This document shows, one piece after another, positions 57,383 to 64,000 of a DNA stretch of 64,000 nucleotides. The stretch lies in the NCBI RefSeq assembly GCF_055900595.2, contig NZ_CM148325.1; one strand, 5' to 3'. Numbering within the stretch: position 1 is the stretch's first letter; every line of letters starts with the position of its first letter. The notes under the pieces were generated by a model that ran no database searches, was not told the DNA's origin, and worked only from the letters and a program-made list of their open reading frames with translations. The position numbers were made by a program, and so were the translations under genes.

Positions 57383-57596
57383 GTACGGATTAAAAACAGC
57401 AAACTATTAGCGGGTGCACGGTTTTATCAAAAGATAAATACCGGAAAATTCCCGCTTACCTATGCTCACAATCAGTCGACTAAAAATGTTTTTGTGAGCG
57501 GTAGTAAAGTCCTAAAACTTTTACCTGCCGTTAATGTCAACCTTGCGTAATGCACAATTACGTAAACAATTAAAATTATAAATACAGGAGTCCGGC

Positions 57597-58958
57597 GTGG
57601 AAAAAGAAAATATCACCCTCGATCCGCGTTCTTCATTTACTCCATCTTCGTCGGCAGATATTCCCGTGCCACCAGATGGATTAGTTCAACGCAGTACCCG
57701 AATTAAACGCATTCAAACCACCGCCATGTTGTTATTATTTTTTGCGGCGGTAATCAATTATCTCGACCGCAGTTCACTGTCGGTAGCAAATTTAACGATT
57801 CGTGAAGAATTGGGATTAAGTGCCACCGAAATCGGCGCTTTGCTCTCCGTGTTTTCACTCGCTTACGGGATTGCGCAACTTCCTTGCGGCCCACTATTGG
57901 ATCGTAAAGGCCCGCGCCTGATGCTGGGACTGGGGATGTTCTTCTGGTCACTGTTCCAGGCAATGTCTGGCATGGTGCACAGCTTTACGCAGTTCGTGTT
58001 GGTGCGTATCGGTATGGGAATTGGTGAAGCACCAATGAACCCATGCGGTGTAAAAGTCATTAACGACTGGTTCAACATCAAAGAGCGCGGACGCCCGATG
58101 GGCTTCTTCAACGCAGCTTCTACCATTGGCGTTGCCGTAAGCCCACCGATTCTGGCGGCGATGATGCTGGTGATGGGCTGGCGCGGGATGTTTATTACCA
58201 TTGGTGTGTTGGGTATTTTTCTCGCCATCGGTTGGTATATGCTCTATCGCAACCGCGAGCACGTAGAACTGACTGCCGTTGAACAAGCTTATCTCAATGC
58301 CGGTAGCGTCAATGCCCGCCGTGATCCACTCAGTTTTGCTGAATGGCGCAGCCTGTTCCGTAACCGCACAATGTGGGGAATGATGCTCGGATTCAGTGGC
58401 ATCAATTACACTGCGTGGCTGTATCTGGCCTGGCTTCCTGGTTACCTGCAAACAGCCTATAACCTGGATTTAAAAAGCACAGGATTGATGGCGGCTATCC
58501 CTTTCCTGTTTGGGGCTGCCGGGATGCTGGTCAACGGTTACGTTACCGACTGGCTGGTCAAAGGGGGAATGGCTCCGATTAAAAGCCGTAAGATCTGCAT
58601 TATTGCCGGGATGTTCTGTTCTGCCGCCTTTACGCTGGTCGTACCGCAAGCGACAACATCCATGACAGCGGTTCTGCTGATTGGCATGGCACTGTTCTGT
58701 ATTCACTTTGCCGGAACATCCTGCTGGGGCTTGATCCACGTCGCAGTTGCTTCTCGCATGACTGCGTCGGTGGGCAGTATCCAAAACTTTGCCAGCTTCA
58801 TCTGCGCTTCTTTCGCGCCGATCATTACTGGTTTTATTGTCGATACCACCCACTCATTCCGTCTGGCGCTAATCATCTGCGGTTGCGTCACCGCGGCGGG
58901 TGCACTGGCATACATCTTCCTGGTTCGTCAGCCGATCAACGACCCACGTAAAGATTAA
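57597..58958 (+). CDS. lgoT: MFS L-galactonate transporter LgoT (YjjL)
   Basis: 453-aa polytopic ORF, major facilitator superfamily. Confidence 0.88.
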   Translation: MEKENITLDPRSSFTPSSSADIPVPPDGLVQRSTRIKRIQTTAMLLLFFAAVINYLDRSSLSVANLTIREELGLSATEIGALLSVFSLAYGIAQLPCGPLLDRKGPRLMLGLGMFFWSLFQAMSGMVHSFTQFVLVRIGMGIGEAPMNPCGVKVINDWFNIKERGRPMGFFNAASTIGVAVSPPILAAMMLVMGWRGMFITIGVLGIFLAIGWYMLYRNREHVELTAVEQAYLNAGSVNARRDPLSFAEWRSLFRNRTMWGMMLGFSGINYTAWLYLAWLPGYLQTAYNLDLKSTGLMAAIPFLFGAAGMLVNGYVTDWLVKGGMAPIKSRKICIIAGMFCSAAFTLVVPQATTSMTAVLLIGMALFCIHFAGTSCWGLIHVAVASRMTASVGSIQNFASFICASFAPIITGFIVDTTHSFRLALIICGCVTAAGALAYIFLVRQPINDPRKD

Positions 58959-59005
58959 TCTCCCTATGCCCGATAACATTTTGCTTATCGGGCATTTTAT
59001 GGCGA

Positions 59006-60670
59006 TTAAAACGTTTCCCAGTTCTCTCCGCTATCTGCCACTGTCACTTTGCGCGGCGCTACTGGCGTCACAGTTTTTACTACTGCCGATGCTTCGCGCT
59101 GGCGTTGCTGCTCTTGCTGAATCCGGAACACTGCCACAGCTTCGGTCAGGCGACTGGCCTGCTCCTCCAGCGCGGCGGCGGCGGCGGCAGATTCTTCCAC
59201 CAGCGCAGCGTTCTGTTGGGTTACTCTGTCCATCTCAGCTACTGCTAAGCCAACCTGATCGATACCACGGCTCTGCTCATCAGAAGCCGAAGCAATTTCG
59301 CCCATAATGTCCGTCACGCGGGTCACAGCGCTGACAATCTCTGCCATGGTTTCCCCGGCGCTTTCGACCAGCGTAGAGCCAACATCCACTTTGCCCACCG
59401 AGTCTTCAATCAGGCTTTTAATTTCGCGAGCCGCCTGAGCGCTACGCTGGGCCAGATTACGCACTTCTCCCGCAACCACCGCAAAACCGCGCCCTTGCTC
59501 ACCCGCACGCGCTGCTTCAACCGCCGCGTTCAAAGCAAGAATATTGGTCTGGAAGGCAATGCCGTCAATTACGCTGATAATATCGGCGATTTTCTGCGAG
59601 CTGGTGGAGATATCGCGCATGGTCTGCACCACGTTATCAACCACTTTGCCGCCACGTTGCGCCGTTTCGGAAGCACTTAATGCCAGATGGCTAGCCTGAC
59701 GCGCATTCTCGGCGTTCTGTTTCACCGTTGCGGTCAGTTGCTCCATGCTGGCTGCCGTCTCTTCCAGCGAAGCGGCCTGTTGCTCGGTGCGCGAAGAAAG
59801 ATCGTTATTGCCGGTGGCGATTTCGCTGGCACCGCTATAGATAGCATTGGCCCCGTTGCGCACATCACCGACGGTACGCATCAGCTCTCCCTGCATATGG
59901 CGCAAACTCTCTGCCAGTTGCCCCATCTCATTAGAACCATCCACCTCAATCGGTTTCACCAGATCGCCACCTGCAATATGACGAATGCTGTCAATCAGGC
60001 GATTCATTGGCGCTACCAACGAGGCTTTAATACCGAACCAGACGGCGAAGATGACCGCCAGTACGACGATCATCACGCCCACCAGAATCCACATCGCCTG
60101 GCTGTAGGAGGCATTATTATCGCTGACGGCGATATCATAGAGCCGATCGTTTTGCTCCATGTAAGCCACATACTGCTTCTCGAAACCGTCCTGATATCCC
60201 TGAGTCGGCTGATCAAAGAATTCGTTGATTTTGCCTGCACCTAACAGTTGGATCAGTTCCGCCAGCGCATTGTGATAAATATCGTAATTACGTTTGATCT
60301 CTGCCGATGCGGCGGTGCTCTGACGCGGGTCACGCGGCAATGCTTCGTAATCCGCCCAGTTTTTTTCCGCCTGTTTCAGCGAAATACTGGCACTCTGCAT
60401 CAGCTCGGCAACGGTTGAACCGCTACCAATATTGTTCTGATCCATCATGTAGCGGATACCCGCGCGGTTGAGGGTGTTACGCGTCTGCAACAACGCGACC
60501 CAGCTGCCATTCAGCGTGGATTGCTGCTGGCGAATGGTTTGTAAAACAGTGAAATTTTCTTTGTCATTCTTTAAGGCATTAAAGAACAGACCGCCTGATG
60601 TCAGTTGTAAAAGGCCAAAAACGGCCAAAACCAGCAGTAAGCTGGTCACGATCTTGATACGTTTTAACAT
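59006..60670 (-). CDS. tsr: methyl-accepting chemotaxis protein I (serine chemoreceptor) Tsr
   Basis: ORF 59006..60685; start [23 protein letters not shown] (551 aa); HAMP and MCP signalling domains, C-terminal NWETF. Confidence 0.95.
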   Translation of the reverse strand: MLKRIKIVTSLLLVLAVFGLLQLTSGGLFFNALKNDKENFTVLQTIRQQQSTLNGSWVALLQTRNTLNRAGIRYMMDQNNIGSGSTVAELMQSASISLKQAEKNWADYEALPRDPRQSTAASAEIKRNYDIYHNALAELIQLLGAGKINEFFDQPTQGYQDGFEKQYVAYMEQNDRLYDIAVSDNNASYSQAMWILVGVMIVVLAVIFAVWFGIKASLVAPMNRLIDSIRHIAGGDLVKPIEVDGSNEMGQLAESLRHMQGELMRTVGDVRNGANAIYSGASEIATGNNDLSSRTEQQAASLEETAASMEQLTATVKQNAENARQASHLALSASETAQRGGKVVDNVVQTMRDISTSSQKIADIISVIDGIAFQTNILALNAAVEAARAGEQGRGFAVVAGEVRNLAQRSAQAAREIKSLIEDSVGKVDVGSTLVESAGETMAEIVSAVTRVTDIMGEIASASDEQSRGIDQVGLAVAEMDRVTQQNAALVEESAAAAAALEEQASRLTEAVAVFRIQQEQQRQREASAVVKTVTPVAPRKVTVADSGENWETF

Positions 60671-60701
60671 GGTTTCTCTTTCCACTAGACAGATACACTG
60701 G

Positions 60702-60728
60702 TTGTCGGCCTGGTGGTGGAAAACTTTA
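60702..60728 (-). promoter_or_regulatory. sigma-28 (FliA) class-3 flagellar promoter of tsr
   Basis: Minus strand TAAAGTTT-11 nt-GCCGACAA, matching consensus TAAAGTTT-N11-GCCGATAA, about 30 bp upstream of tsr start. Confidence 0.8.
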
Positions 60729-60809
60729 TGCTGTGGAAAAGCGTCGGCACTGCTTTTGTTGCAGCAAACTTGCGTTTTTTGTGAGGGTCACACTCTATAG
60801 CGGCAGTTT

Positions 60810-61715
60810 ATGGTACAAAGTATCAATCTTCTTCGAATCAGTGATACTCCTATGGCTTATAGCATCGATATCATCTCCTGCATTACCGAACGGTTTATGG
60901 CGTTAACAGCCACTGAAAAGCGTATCGCACAATTTATTCTTGATGACGTCTCTGCCGCAGTAGAGTTGCCAATTGCTGAGCTGGCACGGTTAACGCAAAC
61001 CAGTCAGGCGTCGGTGACGCGTTTTGCCCGTGCACTGGGGTGCAAAGATGTCCGCGAGTTGAAAGTAAAACTGGCGCAGTCACTGGCTGTCGGGCAGCGG
61101 TTTATTCTCGATGTACCGGATCTTGACGGTGTTCAGGGGATCTACGAAGCGATTATTAGCGTGCTGGAAACGCATCGTCGTTCGCTGGATATGAATGCCA
61201 TCAGCCAGGCTGTAAGCTGGTTAAGTCAGGCGCGGCAAATTCTTGCATTGGGAACTGGCGGCGGTTCCACTATCTGTTCACAGGAGATTCAGTACCGTTT
61301 ATTCCGTCTGGGGCTACCAGTGGTCAGTCAGAATGATGCCCTGATGATGAGAATGATGTGCTCGGCAGTGATGCCGCAGGATGTGGTGATTGTGCTGTCG
61401 CTGGGCGGTTATACACCGGAAATCATCGAAAGTGCGGCAATCGCCCGTCAGTATGGCGCGCGTGTTATTGCCATTACGCCAGCACAAACACCGCTGGCGG
61501 AACAGGTGGATCTGGTATTGCCGTTACTGGTTCAGGAAAGTGATTACATCTTTAAGCCCACCCCTTCCCGCTACGCGATGTTAGCCATGGTCGATGTACT
61601 GGCAACAGAACTGGCAATGGCAAATAAAGCGCAGGCGAAAGATCGCCTGCGGCGGATAAAACTGGTGTTAGACAGCCACCGTGGGGGCGCTAACCGCCAG
61701 CCACTTGGCGATTAG
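60810..61715 (+). CDS. RpiR/MurR-family transcriptional regulator (N-terminal HTH plus SIS domain)
   Basis: 301-aa ORF (possible true start at MAYSIDII…, 60849); HTH …TEKRIAQFILDD…IAELARLTQTSQASVTRFARALG…; not in the K-12 tsr neighbourhood as I recall it. Confidence 0.75.
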   Translation: MVQSINLLRISDTPMAYSIDIISCITERFMALTATEKRIAQFILDDVSAAVELPIAELARLTQTSQASVTRFARALGCKDVRELKVKLAQSLAVGQRFILDVPDLDGVQGIYEAIISVLETHRRSLDMNAISQAVSWLSQARQILALGTGGGSTICSQEIQYRLFRLGLPVVSQNDALMMRMMCSAVMPQDVVIVLSLGGYTPEIIESAAIARQYGARVIAITPAQTPLAEQVDLVLPLLVQESDYIFKPTPSRYAMLAMVDVLATELAMANKAQAKDRLRRIKLVLDSHRGGANRQPLGD

Positions 61716-61724
61716 CACTGTCGG

Positions 61725-63194
61725 TTATGCTTCTTCAGGTTTGGTGATCACGACACTCTGGTTTTCACGCTCATTGGTGATAATCGCCAAAGCTTCTTCC
61801 CGGCTGACCTGACTAGCTGGCGTTACCAACGTCACCAGTACGCCAGCGACCAGGCTGCCCAGCACTGACGGAATACACGGATTACCCCAGTAAGCCAGCC
61901 AGTCGGCATTCATCAGCACCACAATGGACATCACCATACCGCTCACTAACGCCGCCAGCGCGCCCTGCCAGTTAAAGCGTAGCCAGAAGCGACCGAGGAT
62001 TGAGCAGATAAACAGCCCGGACATCAGCATCGAAATCATTTTGGTAATGTAGCTGATGATGTCATTAGAGGTCAGAGCAAAGGCCAGCGCCAGGCCAATA
62101 ACAAAGGTCAACATCCAGCGTGAGTAAGTAATGGCCTTGTCCTCCGGCGGCATTCTGCCGGTAATCATGGTGTAGACGTCGCGCATCATAATCGCCACTG
62201 CCGCAATGGCATCGGAGCTGGCAGAAGACATGGTGGCAGAAAGCCCGGCAATCAGTACCACCAGCCCAAGAATGGCGGGTAAGAAGCTGGTCGCGAACAA
62301 GAAGGCATAGTTACTGTTTTCCAGATTCGGGTTCATGGTGAACGCCGCCATGCCGATAATGGCAGGCAGAATCGAGAAGAACAGATACAACACGCCAGTA
62401 ATAACAAATGAACGCCGTACAGAGGGAACGTCTTTTCCCGAGTAAATACGCTGGCGATAAGATGGTGTGGCCAGTACGCCGACACCAATAACCAGCGCCA
62501 GCGAAAGCGCAGGCAGCACGCCCATTTTATCAATCGCAAACAGGCTCATCGCTTTTGGGTCCATCGCCTGTTCAATCGCACTCCAGCCGCCAACGTGAAC
62601 AACGGCAAGAATAGCCATTAATATAAAGCCAAAGAACAGAATTAGGGCCTGAATAGTATCTGTCCACACTACCGCCGAATAACCACCGATAATAACGTAA
62701 ATCGCAAAAGCTAAGGCAATAATTAATTTTGCCACCGTAAGATCAATACCTGTTGCCCAGGCAAGATACATACTCCCACCTAATATATGCGCCCCCAGCC
62801 AGCCAATAGAGGCAATAAATATCATCAGGCCGACAATATTTTTAATTAAATGGCTGCCGCCAGTATAATAAGATATTTCTTCACTCATGGTCATAAAACG
62901 TAATTTACGTACCGGTGCAAACAGCCACGCCACCAGTAATATACCTACGGCCCCACCGACGCCATAAAGCATTCCGGCCCAGCCATTGCTGTAGCCAAAG
63001 CCCACTGCGCCCATACTGGAACCAGTGCCAACCATCGTGGCAACGGTTGACCCCAGCGTCAGAAACAGCGGCAGCGAACGCCCGCCCAGCAGAAAATCTT
63101 CTCCGTTTTTCTGATTACGAGAAACAAACCAACCAAGCCAAATCATGGCGATGGCATAAATAATAAAGCCGACTAAAAAGATATGACTGTTCAT
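61725..63194 (-). CDS. sodium:solute symporter family (SSF) transporter
   Basis: 489-aa polytopic ORF MNSHIFLVGFIIYAIAMIWLGWFVSRNQKNGEDFLLGGRSLPLFLTLGSTVATMVGTGSSMGAVGFGY…, typical SSF N-terminus. Confidence 0.75.
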   Translation of the reverse strand: MNSHIFLVGFIIYAIAMIWLGWFVSRNQKNGEDFLLGGRSLPLFLTLGSTVATMVGTGSSMGAVGFGYSNGWAGMLYGVGGAVGILLVAWLFAPVRKLRFMTMSEEISYYTGGSHLIKNIVGLMIFIASIGWLGAHILGGSMYLAWATGIDLTVAKLIIALAFAIYVIIGGYSAVVWTDTIQALILFFGFILMAILAVVHVGGWSAIEQAMDPKAMSLFAIDKMGVLPALSLALVIGVGVLATPSYRQRIYSGKDVPSVRRSFVITGVLYLFFSILPAIIGMAAFTMNPNLENSNYAFLFATSFLPAILGLVVLIAGLSATMSSASSDAIAAVAIMMRDVYTMITGRMPPEDKAITYSRWMLTFVIGLALAFALTSNDIISYITKMISMLMSGLFICSILGRFWLRFNWQGALAALVSGMVMSIVVLMNADWLAYWGNPCIPSVLGSLVAGVLVTLVTPASQVSREEALAIITNERENQSVVITKPEEA

Positions 63195-63296
63195 AATTCA
63201 CATCCTGCCAGTAGAGAGAGAATAATGTAAGAGTTCCCGGAGTGCTGAATGTATTCAGCACTCAATTGCGGTCTGTTTTTTTAATTCTTAAATTTA

Positions 63297-63692
63297 TTAG
63301 CGGGTCGCGTTATAACAGGTCACATCGACTTCGACTTTACAATCGACAACCAGATCAGCCACACAACAAATACGTGCAGGCGGATTCTCGCCAAAAAATT
63401 CTCTGAATACTTTATTAAATGACTGGAAATAGCGGGCGTCGGTCAGGATCACTTTCACGTGAACCACATCCGCCAGGCTATAACCGGCTTCAGTCATGAT
63501 GTCGACACAGTTTTGGATCGCCAGTCGTGACTGTTCAACGATTCCGCCTTCTACCACTTCACCGTTTTTCATGGGTGTTTGCCCGGAGACGTACAGCCAG
63601 CCGCCCGCCTCAACCGCCCTGGCAAAAGGCAAATGCTGCCCGCCAGTGCCTGTTCCACCTTCCGTACCGTAACGTTTAATGCTCATATTCAC
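63297..63692 (-). CDS. RidA/YjgF/TdcF-family protein (putative enamine/imine deaminase)
   Basis: 131-aa ORF (…GQTPMKNGEVVEGGIVEQSRLAIQNCVDIMTEAGYSLADVVHVKVILTD…FNKVFREFFGENPPARICCV…). Confidence 0.75.
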   Translation of the reverse strand: MNMSIKRYGTEGGTGTGGQHLPFARAVEAGGWLYVSGQTPMKNGEVVEGGIVEQSRLAIQNCVDIMTEAGYSLADVVHVKVILTDARYFQSFNKVFREFFGENPPARICCVADLVVDCKVEVDVTCYNATR

Positions 63693-63695
63693 TCC

Positions 63696-64000
63696 TTAAT
63701 GTGAGGTCTGCCGGCGCAGGAAGCGTCCCGCACGGCCTGTAATATGTTTATCGCGACCATAGCTCATAACGCCGTTCACCATCACCGCCTCAATGCCATC
63801 TGCCGGGCGTTTGGGATCAGAAAAGCTGGCAACATCACGAATGGTTTGTGGATCGAACAACACCAGGTCCGCAAAATAACCGACTTTCACCAGTCCTCGC
63901 TGGGGCAAGCGAAAACGGCTGGCAGAAAGCCCGGTCATTTTGTGGATAGCCGTGGTCAGTGGGAATAAGCCTTCATCACGGCAATAGTGGCCCAGCACGC
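63696..64000 (-). CDS. 3' end of an amidohydrolase, D-aminoacylase-like (partial; start outside the window)
   Basis: C-terminal 100 codons (…LTTAIHKMTGLSASRFRLPQRGLVKVGYFADLVLFDPQTIRDVASFSDPKRPADGIEAVMVNGV…) resemble N-acyl-D-amino-acid deacylase C-termini; stop 3 nt before the RidA start. Confidence 0.5.
   Translation of the reverse strand, partial: VLGHYCRDEGLFPLTTAIHKMTGLSASRFRLPQRGLVKVGYFADLVLFDPQTIRDVASFSDPKRPADGIEAVMVNGVMSYGRDKHITGRAGRFLRRQTSH

Overview
This window is a syntenic stretch of Escherichia coli chromosome, in reverse-complement orientation relative to the K-12 MG1655 convention, running across the K-12 coordinate origin. Gene order is yaaI(3' end)-yaaW-satP-mog-talB-yaaJ-yaaA-yaaX-thrCBA-thrL-yjtD-yjjY-arcA-creDCBA-rob-gpmB-yjjX-trpR-slt-ettA-nadR-radA-serB-ytjB-lplA-deoDBAC-yjjI-yjjW-yjjV-yjjU-ytjA-osmY-prfC-yjjG-rimI-holD-rsmC-three tRNA-Leu-yjjZ-fhuF-bglJ-yjjQ-yjjP-yjjB-dnaT-dnaC-yjjA-opgB-lgoD-lgoR-lgoT-tsr. 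Almost all of it is core genome that I recognise from the translated ORFs and synteny. Four places differ from my recollection of K-12. (1) A two-gene HigB/HigA-like toxin-antitoxin module sits between ettA and nadR, with GTAC-core inverted repeats in its promoter; this is the best candidate for an undescribed accessory system. (2) The HipA-like kinase gene yjjJ is absent between lplA and deoD, replaced by 455 bp carrying an 87-codon HTH ORF and three TGAATAGAT repeats. (3) creB carries a 1-bp frameshift that separates the receiver domain from the DNA-binding domain. (4) Beyond tsr, an RpiR-type regulator, a sodium:solute symporter, a RidA-family protein and the 3' end of a D-aminoacylase-like amidohydrolase replace the K-12 neighbour btsT (yjiY). 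No CRISPR array, IS element, integrase or prophage was seen. All identifications are from reading the sequence and from memory of E. coli proteins; no database search was run.
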